64,000 nucleotides of DNA from an uncultured Pelagibacteraceae bacterium (GCA_902608845.1 CACLPR010000001.1:19375-83374), one strand, 5' to 3'; positions 19,387 to 29,160 are shown, counted from the first letter of the stretch. Notes: a model not told the origin generated them from the sequence alone. Numbers and translations: made by a program.

Positions 19387-20331
19387 ATGAATAATAAAGA
19401 TTTAAAAGTTGCAGTTCTTGGTGCAGGGGCAATGGGTTGTCTATTTGGAGGCCTACTAGCAGAAAAAGGTCTAAATGTAACGCTCATTGACGTTTGGAAA
19501 GAGCATGTTGATGAAATAAATAAAAATGGTCTAAAGATGGATGGTCATGGTGGTGATAGATTTATAAAAGTACCAGCTACATCAGATCCATCTACAATTG
19601 GAAAAGTTGATGCTGTGATAGTGATGTGTAAAGCAACAGCTCTAGAGCCTGCTTTAAAAAGTATTAAAAATATTATTAACGATAAAACAGTTTTTATGTC
19701 TTTTCAAAATGGAATTGGACATGAAGCTATAATTAAAAGTATTGTTGGTGATGAAAAAGTAATCGGGGGAACAACAACTCAAGCATCAAATATCTTAGGT
19801 CCTGGTCATATTATGAATCATGCATCTCTACCCTCTTGGATTGGAGAATATGATGGTGGAATAACTAATAGAATAACCGAAATTGCAGACACCTTTACTG
19901 CTCATAATTTGGAAATGATTGCTGCTGAGGATGTAAAAAAAAGAAAATGGATGAAACTTTTTGCTTTAACCGCAATAGGCCCACTTTCAGCTATTTTTGA
20001 TCTACATCATACTGATCTTTACATAAATAATAATGCCAACGACGTTTCTAGAAGTTTAGGTAAAGAGATAATTTTAGAGACAAGAGACGTTGCTTTAGCA
20101 GATGGCGTTAATGTTTCTGAAGATGAGTGTTTATTTATGTTTAATAAAATTGTTGATTCAAAACAAACAAATAAGTCTTCAATGGCTTTTGATGTGCTTT
20201 ATAAAAGAAAAACTGAAATTGATTTCATAAGTGGCGCCGTGTCTAAAATAGGAAAAAAACATGGAATAGCCACACCATTAAATGACCTTATGTACAAAAT
20301 GATTAAAGTAAAAGAGGGCATGTACAGCTAA
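19387..20331 (+). CDS. Ketopantoate reductase (PanE/ApbA) family 2-ketoacid reductase
   Basis: GAGAMG, FQNGIG, KWMKL, SSMAFD and TEIDFISG. Confidence 0.85.
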   Translation: MNNKDLKVAVLGAGAMGCLFGGLLAEKGLNVTLIDVWKEHVDEINKNGLKMDGHGGDRFIKVPATSDPSTIGKVDAVIVMCKATALEPALKSIKNIINDKTVFMSFQNGIGHEAIIKSIVGDEKVIGGTTTQASNILGPGHIMNHASLPSWIGEYDGGITNRITEIADTFTAHNLEMIAAEDVKKRKWMKLFALTAIGPLSAIFDLHHTDLYINNNANDVSRSLGKEIILETRDVALADGVNVSEDECLFMFNKIVDSKQTNKSSMAFDVLYKRKTEIDFISGAVSKIGKKHGIATPLNDLMYKMIKVKEGMYS

Positions 20332-21192
20332 ATGCTGAAAATTAGTAAACTAAAGAAAATTAAATCAAACTTCCCGGTCATTGTTGGAGAACAAATAATC
20401 AGTAAAAAAGTGTGTAATTCTTTAATTGAAGAAATAACTAATTCAAAAAGTTTTGATGATATGATTATGGGTGGCAGAAGCAGGATTAATAAAGGATCAA
20501 AAAATTTCAACAAATATATCTCAAGTTCTAAAATCTCAAAAAAACTTTTTGCTACTTTCAATACAAAATCCTTTTATAAAAAAATTGATAAAAAATTTAA
20601 AACAGAATTTAAGGCAAATACTTGGGAAAGTTTGTTTAAACCAAAAAAATTTAATAAAAAAAAATATACACTAAAAAGAAAAGTAAATTCCAAAGAGCTA
20701 AAAAAACTACTAGGTAAAGATTATAAAAACCCAAATTTAAATTTAGATATTGATTTCTCAGTATCTAAAGGAGGATATAGATTGAGACCACATAGAGATG
20801 ATGTGAATAGGCTATATAATTTTTTGATCTATTTAACCGATATACCAAAAAAAAATGGAGGATCACTTACTTTATATAAGAAAAAAATAAACAAAAACCT
20901 TAGAAAAAGCTTTAGAAGGTTTCCTAAGATTAATGAACTTGATAAATTAAAGGAATTCACACCAAAACAGGGAAGTGTAATTTTCTTTAAATCTACTCCA
21001 AATTCTTATCACGGAGTAAATAGATTTAAGGAAAAAAACTGTCCAAAAAGATTTTTTATTTATGGAAGTTATGCTCTTAACAAGCCAGTGATATGGAAAT
21101 ATAAAAATTTTGAATATCATCCACATATTGTTGCGACGAAAAAAAGAATGCTTACATCTTTTCATGATTCGAATTATTTGCTAAAATATTAA
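20332..21192 (+). CDS. Fe(II)/2-oxoglutarate-dependent oxygenase
   Basis: H-x-D (PHRD), NFLIYL, GGSL, distal His (SYHGV) and downstream Arg. Confidence 0.72.
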   Translation: MLKISKLKKIKSNFPVIVGEQIISKKVCNSLIEEITNSKSFDDMIMGGRSRINKGSKNFNKYISSSKISKKLFATFNTKSFYKKIDKKFKTEFKANTWESLFKPKKFNKKKYTLKRKVNSKELKKLLGKDYKNPNLNLDIDFSVSKGGYRLRPHRDDVNRLYNFLIYLTDIPKKNGGSLTLYKKKINKNLRKSFRRFPKINELDKLKEFTPKQGSVIFFKSTPNSYHGVNRFKEKNCPKRFFIYGSYALNKPVIWKYKNFEYHPHIVATKKRMLTSFHDSNYLLKY

Positions 21193-21197
21193 TAACT

Positions 21198-22187
21198 ATG
21201 CAAATTAAGACTAAATTAAAGAGTATTTTAGATAGAGATGGCTTCCTAAGAGTAAGAAATGTTCTTAACTTCAATAAAGATTTAAAACCAATTTTAAATG
21301 ACATGGAATATGTAATGGACAATTTAGTTCATAAATTTGCTCCTGAGCATATGAAAGAAAAAATTTTTAAATATAACTTTAGAAAGAAATACACATACAT
21401 TTCAAAACTAAAAATTTATGATCTTGATCAATATTTTAATACTAGACTTCCAAGAGATCACGTGAAGAAAGATAGTGATTATTTTGCATCTCAATCTTTA
21501 TGGAATTTAATTAATCACAAAAAAATCTTGGATGTGGTTGAAAAATTATTAGGGCCAGAAATTCTTTCAAATCCAGTTCAAAATACAAGAATTAAACAAC
21601 CCGAAAATAAATTACCTAAACATTCTGTTCATGATGGCCTCTCAGGTAGAACTCCATGGCATCAGGATGCAGCAGTATTATCATCTTTGGGGCAAAGATT
21701 AACTGATATGGTAACTGTTTGGATTCCATTTACTAAAACTACTAAAAAAAATGGATGCATGATTACAGTAAAAGAAATTAATAAATTGGGACTATTGAAT
21801 CATATATCAGGATATAGAGGTCAGGTAGAAATAAAAGATAGTAAACTACTTAATAATTACAAGCCAGTTTTTCTGGAGGCTAATGTTGGCGATATTATTA
21901 TTTTGCACAAACACTCCATTCATTGTTCATTGCCTAATAGATCCAATGATTTTAGAATTAGCGCTGATTTAAGATACAATAGAGCTGGAACCCCATCTGG
22001 TAGGAAACCTTTGCCCAATTTTTATGTAAGAAGTAAAAATAAAAAAAATATTACTATCCACAACTATAAGCAATGGATTGCTTTGTGGGAAAAGGCAAAA
22101 AATAAATGTATTCCAAGAAAGTATGCTTTTAAATATCCACTTCCAACATTTAGAAATAGTAAAAGAGATCTTGCTAGACTAATATAA
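21198..22187 (+). CDS. Phytanoyl-CoA dioxygenase (PhyH) family Fe/2OG enzyme
   Basis: DGFL, TPWHQD, TVWIP, NGCM, GDIII and HCS..N.S...R.S.DLRY. Confidence 0.85.
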   Translation: MQIKTKLKSILDRDGFLRVRNVLNFNKDLKPILNDMEYVMDNLVHKFAPEHMKEKIFKYNFRKKYTYISKLKIYDLDQYFNTRLPRDHVKKDSDYFASQSLWNLINHKKILDVVEKLLGPEILSNPVQNTRIKQPENKLPKHSVHDGLSGRTPWHQDAAVLSSLGQRLTDMVTVWIPFTKTTKKNGCMITVKEINKLGLLNHISGYRGQVEIKDSKLLNNYKPVFLEANVGDIIILHKHSIHCSLPNRSNDFRISADLRYNRAGTPSGRKPLPNFYVRSKNKKNITIHNYKQWIALWEKAKNKCIPRKYAFKYPLPTFRNSKRDLARLI

Positions 22188-22201
22188 TTTTTTTTAAAAT
22201 T

Positions 22202-23158
22202 ATGAAAAAAATTCTTATTGTCCAACCTATTCATGAAAAAGGTATGGAATTATTAAAAAGTAATAGCGACTATAGTTACGAGGTTGTTGAAGATTTAAGT
22301 GTTGAAAATGTGAAACAAAAAATTGTAGATGCAGATGCAGTTTCTTTAAGAACTTCGATATTACCTGCTGAGGCAATTGAAAATGCAAAAAACCTTAAAA
22401 TAATTTCAAGACATGGAGTTGGTTACGATAATATTGATTTAAATAGCTGTAAAAAAGGAAACATCGACGTAGCAATAACCGCAACAGCAAATGCTGTGGC
22501 AGTTGCAGAACATGTTCTTTTCATGCTTTTAAGTATCTCAAAAAGAAAGAGTATGTATGACAATTCAGTCAAAAGTGGAAAATTTAATGAACGAAATAAA
22601 TTACCAAAAACTATAGAGATTTGGGATAAAAACATTCTTGTTGCTGGATTTGGAAGAATAGGAAAAGCGTTGATTAAAAGATGTTTAGGATTTGAAATGA
22701 ACGTTTTTGTTTACGATCCATTTGTAGATTCAGAAACAATAAGCAAAATGGGTGGTAAAAAAGTTGAAGATTTATCAGAGGCTATTAAAGATATGGATGC
22801 TGTCTCACTCCATATGCCTTTAACTGATCAAACTAAAAATATTATAAATTACGAACTTCTAAAAACGATGAAAAAAAACAGCATCATCATAAATGCTGCA
22901 AGAGGCGGTATTATAAATGAAAAAGATTTAGACAGGGCATTGAATGAAAATTTGATTTTTGGAGCAGGAATTGATGTATTTGAGGTAGAGCCTCCAGAGG
23001 CTGATAATCCTTTATTAAAAAATGACAAAGTTTTACTTAGTCCTCATGCTGCAGCATTCACTGAGGAATGCATGACAAGAATGGCAAAAGAAACTATTCA
23101 AAATATTTTCGATTTTTTCGATGGTAAACTTGAAGACAGTAAAAAAGTAAAATTATAA
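22202..23158 (+). CDS. D-2-hydroxyacid dehydrogenase (PGDH-like, no ACT domain)
   Basis: SRHGVGYDNID, GFGRIG, NAARG, DVFEVEP and SPHAA. Confidence 0.88.
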   Translation: MKKILIVQPIHEKGMELLKSNSDYSYEVVEDLSVENVKQKIVDADAVSLRTSILPAEAIENAKNLKIISRHGVGYDNIDLNSCKKGNIDVAITATANAVAVAEHVLFMLLSISKRKSMYDNSVKSGKFNERNKLPKTIEIWDKNILVAGFGRIGKALIKRCLGFEMNVFVYDPFVDSETISKMGGKKVEDLSEAIKDMDAVSLHMPLTDQTKNIINYELLKTMKKNSIIINAARGGIINEKDLDRALNENLIFGAGIDVFEVEPPEADNPLLKNDKVLLSPHAAAFTEECMTRMAKETIQNIFDFFDGKLEDSKKVKL

Positions 23159-24055
23159 ATTATTAATCTCTAAATTTGATTTCTTTAAAGTATCAGTAAT
23201 ATATTTATAACCCTTGATAGCATATTCAAGTGGATTAGCTTTTTTAGGATCTTGTTCGGCCTCTACCACAAGCCAACCTTGATAATTATTTTTTTTTAGA
23301 ATATCAAACAGAGGTTTGTAGTCGATACACCCATCGCCAGGTACCGTAAAAGCACCTTCTAAAAAAGCGTCCCTAAAACTCAAATCTTCATAAAGGGCTT
23401 TTTTTAATACTTCTTCTCTAATATCTTTGCAGTGTATGTGTATTACTCTTTCTTTAAATTTATTAATTATATTAATTGAGTTTCCCTTAGCAAATAACAT
23501 ATGACCAGTATCTAAAGTTAATTTTACACTATCATCTGTGTTTTCTAGTAATCTAATAGTTTCTTCTTCTGTTTCTATTACTGTACCCATATGATGGTGA
23601 TAAGCTAAAGGCATACCTTCATCTTCAAGATACTTTGCAAGCTCAGAAATTTTTGTACAATAATCTTTCCATTCTTGGTCCGTCATCTTTGGTCTATTGG
23701 AAAGTTTTTTTGTTGGATCACCCTGTATTGAACCAAAAACTTCAGCAAAAACAATACATGGAGCTTCACAATCTTTAAATAATTTAAGTTGGTCTTGAAT
23801 TAAATTTTTTTCTTGTTCAACAGAATTTTTTCTTAGATTTCCGCTATACCAACCTGAACATAATTTTAAGTTATACTTTTCTAATTTTGGTAATAATTCC
23901 TCAGATGTTTTTGGGAATTTACCACCTGACTCAATCCCAACAAATCCAGCCTGACTTGCCTCTGACAAACATTGTTCTAGAGGAGTATCTCCGCCTAGCT
24001 CAGGCATGTCATCATTACTCCAAGCAATTGGTGCTATACCTAATTTTACTGACAT
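23153..24055 (-). CDS. iolE: myo-Inosose-2 dehydratase
   Basis: GIAPIAWSNDDMPELGG, YHHHMGT, LDTGH, HCKD, FTVPGDG and VVEAEQDP; start set at the ATG at 24055. Confidence 0.93.
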   Translation of the reverse strand: MSVKLGIAPIAWSNDDMPELGGDTPLEQCLSEASQAGFVGIESGGKFPKTSEELLPKLEKYNLKLCSGWYSGNLRKNSVEQEKNLIQDQLKLFKDCEAPCIVFAEVFGSIQGDPTKKLSNRPKMTDQEWKDYCTKISELAKYLEDEGMPLAYHHHMGTVIETEEETIRLLENTDDSVKLTLDTGHMLFAKGNSINIINKFKERVIHIHCKDIREEVLKKALYEDLSFRDAFLEGAFTVPGDGCIDYKPLFDILKKNNYQGWLVVEAEQDPKKANPLEYAIKGYKYITDTLKKSNLEINNL

Positions 24056-24086
24056 AAATTTTTTATTTGTTAAGATATATTTAATC

Positions 24087-25232
24087 ATGAGATTAATTAA
24101 AGGAAAAAAAATTCAGCTTGGCGTAGTTGGAGGTGGTCCAAAATCTTGGATTGGTCATGTTCATAGAATTTCATCAAGATTTGATAATCAATATGAGATA
24201 GTTGCTGGTGTTTTTTCGAAAAATTCAAAACTATCTAAAAGCTTTGGTCAAAGTCTAGGTATTTTAAAAGAGAGATGCTATTCAAATTTTAGAGAAATGG
24301 CTGAAAGAGAAGCGGCAAGAAAAGATGGTATTAATGTTGTAGCAATAATGACACCTCCTTCAAGTCACCAAATTATTGCAGAAAAATTTATTGATAAAAA
24401 TATACATGTAATTTCTGATAAACCATTTGCTGGAAATCTTACTCAAGCTAAAAAATTATTTAAAAAAATAAAATCAAATAAAAAAATTAAGTATGCTTTG
24501 ACACACAATTACTCTGCTTATCCTATGGTTAGAGAGGCGAAAGTATTGGTTGAAAAAGGTAAAATTGGAAAAGTTGAATACGTAAACGTTGAATACGTTC
24601 AGGATTGGTCAGATGGAGAGAGTATTTCACAAAAAAATGCAAAGAAAAAGTTTAAGTGGAAAATAGATAAAAATATTGTTGGAGCTTCAGCGGTCTTAAA
24701 CGAAATTGGCTCCCATGCATATCATATGGCAACCTATATATCAGGTTTAAAAGGTGAAACTATTTTTGCAGATATTAAACAAGTTTCAAATAAAGTTAAA
24801 ATGGACAACAATGCTCAAGTAATGATCAATTTTAATAATGGAGCTAAAGGAATGTTTTGGACAAGTGTGATGGCTAGAGGTGGAGTTTATGGATTACGAA
24901 TAAGAATTTTTGGAACAAAAGGAAGTTTGGAATGGGTTCAAAACGATCCAAACTATTTAAAACTTAATCCATCTAACGGTGCAGTAAAATTTATTGAAAG
25001 AGGTTTTTTTAATGCTGAATTGTCTAAAAAATTTTCTAGATTAAAATTTGGTCATCCTGAAGGTTATTTGGATGCATTTGCAAATATTTATCGTGAATTT
25101 GCAAATTCTTTAAAAAATAATGCAAAAAAAAGGTATTTTTACCCCAATGAAGACGAAGGACTGGAAACTGCAAAATTTATTGAAGCATGCAAAGTTTCAA
25201 ACAGAAAAAAAAGATGGGTAAAAATAAAATAA
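24087..25232 (+). CDS. Gfo/Idh/MocA oxidoreductase (inositol-associated type)
   Basis: GVVGGG..SWIG.VH, SDKP, THNYSAYPMVR and GHPEGYL.AFANIY; start set at the ATG at 24087. Confidence 0.85.
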   Translation: MRLIKGKKIQLGVVGGGPKSWIGHVHRISSRFDNQYEIVAGVFSKNSKLSKSFGQSLGILKERCYSNFREMAEREAARKDGINVVAIMTPPSSHQIIAEKFIDKNIHVISDKPFAGNLTQAKKLFKKIKSNKKIKYALTHNYSAYPMVREAKVLVEKGKIGKVEYVNVEYVQDWSDGESISQKNAKKKFKWKIDKNIVGASAVLNEIGSHAYHMATYISGLKGETIFADIKQVSNKVKMDNNAQVMINFNNGAKGMFWTSVMARGGVYGLRIRIFGTKGSLEWVQNDPNYLKLNPSNGAVKFIERGFFNAELSKKFSRLKFGHPEGYLDAFANIYREFANSLKNNAKKRYFYPNEDEGLETAKFIEACKVSNRKKRWVKIK

Positions 25233-26230
25233 AAACTGCTCTGTTTGGCCTTGGTAGAATTGGCCAGATGCATGCTGATAATTTAAGAAAAAATAGTGAA
25301 TTTGATTTAAAATATGTTTTTGATTTAAATAAAAATTTATTAAACAAAATTTCAAAAAGGTTTAATGCTATTTCAATAAATAATCCAGATATAGCTTTTA
25401 AAGATAATGAAATTAGATGTATTTTTATAGCCTCTTCTACTTCTACACATTTAAAATTTATTGAAAAAGGTGTAAAATATAAAAAAGTAATATTTTGTGA
25501 AAAACCACTAGATTTAAATTTAAAAAAAATTAATTCATCTTTAACAAAAATTAAAAAACTTAATCCTAAAGTTCAAATAGGATTTAATAGAAGATATGAT
25601 CCTGGACATAATTTACTTAAAAAGAATTTATTGAAAAATAAAATAGGTAAACTAGAGAAAATTATTATTACTAGTCGCGACCCTGCTCCTCCTTCGTTAT
25701 CTTATTTAAAAAGTTCTGGAGGAATTTTTAAAGATATGATGATACATGATTTTGATTTGGCAAGATACTACTTGGGTTCAGATGAATTTATATCAGTATT
25801 TGCTACTGGCAGTAACATATCAGACCAAAGATTTAATAAAATAAAAGACTATGAACTTGCTACTACAGTGCTTAAGTCAAAAAAAGGAGTACAATGCATT
25901 ATAACTAATTCGAGACATTGTAGTTTTGGTTATGACCAAAGAGTTGAGCTTTTTGGAACAAAAGGAATGATGATATCAGATAATAAAAGAGATACAGAAA
26001 CTAATCTCTTTTTAAAAAATTCGACAAATAATAAATCCCCTCTCCTTCATTTTTTTATAGAAAGATATGCAGAAGCTTTTAGGTTGCAACTATCTGACCT
26101 TGCAAACTTTTGCAAAAAAAATATCAAACCCAGAGCGGTTTTTGAAGATGGAAGAAAGTCTATAATTTTAGCAGAAGCTGCACAAAAATCAGTTAAATCA
26201 AAAAAATTTGAAAAATTAAAAATAAATTAA
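25214..26230 (+). CDS. iolG: myo-Inositol 2-dehydrogenase
   Basis: GLGRIG, CEKP, GFNRRYDP, SRDP, DMMIHDFD, GYDQRVE and FFIERY. Confidence 0.88.
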   Translation: MGKNKIKTALFGLGRIGQMHADNLRKNSEFDLKYVFDLNKNLLNKISKRFNAISINNPDIAFKDNEIRCIFIASSTSTHLKFIEKGVKYKKVIFCEKPLDLNLKKINSSLTKIKKLNPKVQIGFNRRYDPGHNLLKKNLLKNKIGKLEKIIITSRDPAPPSLSYLKSSGGIFKDMMIHDFDLARYYLGSDEFISVFATGSNISDQRFNKIKDYELATTVLKSKKGVQCIITNSRHCSFGYDQRVELFGTKGMMISDNKRDTETNLFLKNSTNNKSPLLHFFIERYAEAFRLQLSDLANFCKKNIKPRAVFEDGRKSIILAEAAQKSVKSKKFEKLKIN

Positions 26231-26242
26231 AATTATTTATTT

Positions 26243-27136
26243 TTATATACTCTGAATTTTTTTATCTCCTGCCTTTTTTACAAAATAAATTCCTAAGACA
26301 ACAGCACATAGGGCAATTAAAATTTTAGATGTTACTAATTCGTTTAGGAAAATAAATCCTAAAATAACACCAAAAATCGGTATTAGATAAGCTACCTGAC
26401 TTTGGAAAACTAAGCCATTTTTCTTTAAAATCATAAATCTTAATAACCATGCAATTCCAGTTGGAAAAATACCAAGATAAATCAAAGATAATGTAGAATC
26501 TAATGATGGATTTAAATTCCATGGTTGCTCAATTATTAGTGATATTGGACAAGCAATTATAGCTCCCCAAATAAGAATTGATGCAGTTACATTTTCATTT
26601 TTCTTATTACTAATTTTTAATGTCAAAATTCCTCCAATTACATAAAAAGTGGATCCCAACAGAATCATAAGAGCAGAAAATAAATTTTTATTATTTATAA
26701 GTAAATTTTCTGAGAATAAATAAACAATTCCTGAAAAACCTAATACTATTCCAAATATTTTTATTATGTTAATTTTTTCTCCTTCTGCAAAGAAATGTGC
26801 AAGTATTGTTGCACTTATAGGTGTAGTTGACATTAAAATTGCTGCTAAGTTACTTTGAACTTTCTGAACCCCGTATGCTATTAGGAAAAAAGGTATAACT
26901 AAATTAATAATACCAATTGCTGCAAACCATTTCCAATCTTTAGAAAACGCTTCAATTTTTATTTTTTTAAAATAACAAAGTAATAATAATGGTATCATAC
27001 CAAAAAAAATTCTTAAAAAAGCTATGGTTATTGGTCCGTAAGAATATGTTGCAATTTTAATGTTGAAAAAAGCTGAAGCCCAAAGTAAGGCTAAAAAAGT
27101 AAGAATAAAATAATCAGTAGCGTTTGGAGATTTCAT
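26243..27136 (-). CDS. EamA/DMT family transporter
   Basis: About ten TM segments in two repeats; LLWAS.F and YLIPIFGVILG...L.E. Confidence 0.85.
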   Translation of the reverse strand: MKSPNATDYFILTFLALLWASAFFNIKIATYSYGPITIAFLRIFFGMIPLLLLCYFKKIKIEAFSKDWKWFAAIGIINLVIPFFLIAYGVQKVQSNLAAILMSTTPISATILAHFFAEGEKINIIKIFGIVLGFSGIVYLFSENLLINNKNLFSALMILLGSTFYVIGGILTLKISNKKNENVTASILIWGAIIACPISLIIEQPWNLNPSLDSTLSLIYLGIFPTGIAWLLRFMILKKNGLVFQSQVAYLIPIFGVILGFIFLNELVTSKILIALCAVVLGIYFVKKAGDKKIQSI

Positions 27137-27612
27137 TCAATTATATCTTCTATTGATCCATTTGTTATTTTAATAAGATCATCAAAATTAATTTTAAAAA
27201 TACAGTTTGGATGTCCTGCAGCTGCAAATAAATCTTTAAATCTATTCAAAGAACTATCAACTAATATCTGCAAGCTATTAGTGTGTCCTATTGGAGATAC
27301 TCCTCCAATTGTATATCCAGTTTGTTCTTTCACATCATTAGGTGATGCCATACTTAAATCTTTACTATTAAAAAACTTTTTTAATTTGTTTAATGAACAT
27401 TTTTTGTCACCAGAGACTAAACATAAAAAATAATTATCACCATTTTTAAAAAGTAAGCTTTTTACAATTGCGCCTACTTCACAATTTAAAGATTTTGCTG
27501 CATCAACTGCTGTTCTAGCTGTATTTTCTAATTCTGTGACTGATAAAGTCTCATCGAATTCTTTTAATGCTTTTTCAGCTCTTTTAACTGGTTCTTTATT
27601 TAATAAACTCAT
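27133..27612 (-). CDS. YbaK/EbsC (ProXp) aminoacyl-tRNA deacylase
   Basis: IVKSLLF, TGYTIGGVSPIGH and AAAG. Confidence 0.88.
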   Translation of the reverse strand: MSLLNKEPVKRAEKALKEFDETLSVTELENTARTAVDAAKSLNCEVGAIVKSLLFKNGDNYFLCLVSGDKKCSLNKLKKFFNSKDLSMASPNDVKEQTGYTIGGVSPIGHTNSLQILVDSSLNRFKDLFAAAGHPNCIFKINFDDLIKITNGSIEDIIE

Positions 27613-27741
27613 TATTGCAACTTAGGATTGATTGAAAATTCTAATTTTTTAAGGTTAATATACATGTAAAAAAAGCATAAGTGATATCTATTTAATAGGC
27701 ATTATTTATCTTTTCTTAACTGATAAGAAAATTAAAAAATT

Positions 27742-27749
27742 ATAGGAGA
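27742..27749 (+). promoter_or_regulatory. Shine-Dalgarno site of glnA
   Basis: ATAGGAGA a few nt before the ATG at 27754. Confidence 0.6.
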
Positions 27750-27753
27750 TAAT

Positions 27754-29160
27754 ATGAGCGCTAAGGACGTACTAAAATTAATGAAGTCTAAGAATATTGA
27801 ATTTGTAGATCTTAGATTTACGGACCCAAGGGGAAAACTTCAACATTTAACAATGGATACAACTATTGTAGATGAAGGAATGTTAAATGACGGTGTATTT
27901 TTTGATGGATCCTCAATTGCAGGATGGAAAGCAATTAATGAATCTGACATGATATTAAAGCCTGATTTAAGTAGAAAAGTAATAGATCCTTATACATCTC
28001 ATAATACTTTAATTTTATTTTGTGATATTTTAGATGCTGTTAAGAGAGATCCCTATGAAAGAGATCCTAGAGGAATTGCAAAAAAAGCTGAAGCTTATCT
28101 AAAGAAAACAGGAATTGGAGATACAGCTTATTTTGGTCCAGAGCCTGAGTTTTTTGTTTTTGATGACGTAAGAATTAAAAACGATATGAATGAAACAAGT
28201 TTTTCAATTGATAGTTCAGAAGGTCCTTATAACTCTGGAAAATCTTATGATAATGGAAACATGGGTCATAGACCTGGAGTAAAAGGAGGATATTTTCCTG
28301 TGCCACCAGTAGATAGTGCACAAGATATGAGAGGTGAATATCTTAAAGGACTAAGGGATGTTGGGATTACAGTAGAAAAACACCACCATGAAGTTGCTCC
28401 AAGTCAACATGAACTTGGAATGTTATTTGGAACTTTGGTTAATCAAGCAGACAACGTTCAGCTATATAAATATGTAGTTCAAATGGTTTCTCACTCTTTT
28501 GGAAAAACTGCAACTTTTATGCCTAAGCCAGTTAAAGGAGATAATGGTTCTGGAATGCATACTCACCAATCAATTTGGAAAGGGAAAACTCCGGTATTTT
28601 CTGGAAACAAATATGCTGGATTATCTCAAACTGCACTTTATTATATTGGTGGAGTATTAAAGCATGCAAAAGCAATTAATGCATTTGCCAATGCTACTAC
28701 AAATAGTTATAAAAGATTAATTCCAGGATTTGAGGCTCCTGTTTTACTTGCATACTCTGCAAGGAATAGATCAGCTTCATGCAGAATTCCAATCACATTA
28801 AGTAAAAAAGGTGCAAGATGTGAAATAAGATTCCCAGATGCTTCAGGAAATCCATACTTAACATTTGCTTCTATGCTTATGGCTGGTATTGATGGAATAA
28901 AAAATAAAATTGATCCAGGTAAATCGTTCGACAAAGACCTTTACGCTTTATCAGAAAAGCAAGTTAAGAAGGTACCAACTGTTTGCGGTTCTTTAAGAGA
29001 AGCAATGGAAGCTTTGGATAAAGATAGAAGTTTCTTAACTAAAGGCAATGTATTTACTGATGATCAAATAGATGCGTATATTGAACTTAAATATGAGGAA
29101 ATTCACAATTTTGAACATACGCCGCATCCAATTGAATTTGATATGTATTATAGCTGTTAA
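27754..29160 (+). CDS. glnA: Glutamine synthetase type I
   Basis: FDGSSIAGW, HHHEVA, FMPKP..GDNGSGMH, NRSA and adenylylation-site KDLY. Confidence 0.98.
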   Translation: MSAKDVLKLMKSKNIEFVDLRFTDPRGKLQHLTMDTTIVDEGMLNDGVFFDGSSIAGWKAINESDMILKPDLSRKVIDPYTSHNTLILFCDILDAVKRDPYERDPRGIAKKAEAYLKKTGIGDTAYFGPEPEFFVFDDVRIKNDMNETSFSIDSSEGPYNSGKSYDNGNMGHRPGVKGGYFPVPPVDSAQDMRGEYLKGLRDVGITVEKHHHEVAPSQHELGMLFGTLVNQADNVQLYKYVVQMVSHSFGKTATFMPKPVKGDNGSGMHTHQSIWKGKTPVFSGNKYAGLSQTALYYIGGVLKHAKAINAFANATTNSYKRLIPGFEAPVLLAYSARNRSASCRIPITLSKKGARCEIRFPDASGNPYLTFASMLMAGIDGIKNKIDPGKSFDKDLYALSEKQVKKVPTVCGSLREAMEALDKDRSFLTKGNVFTDDQIDAYIELKYEEIHNFEHTPHPIEFDMYYSC

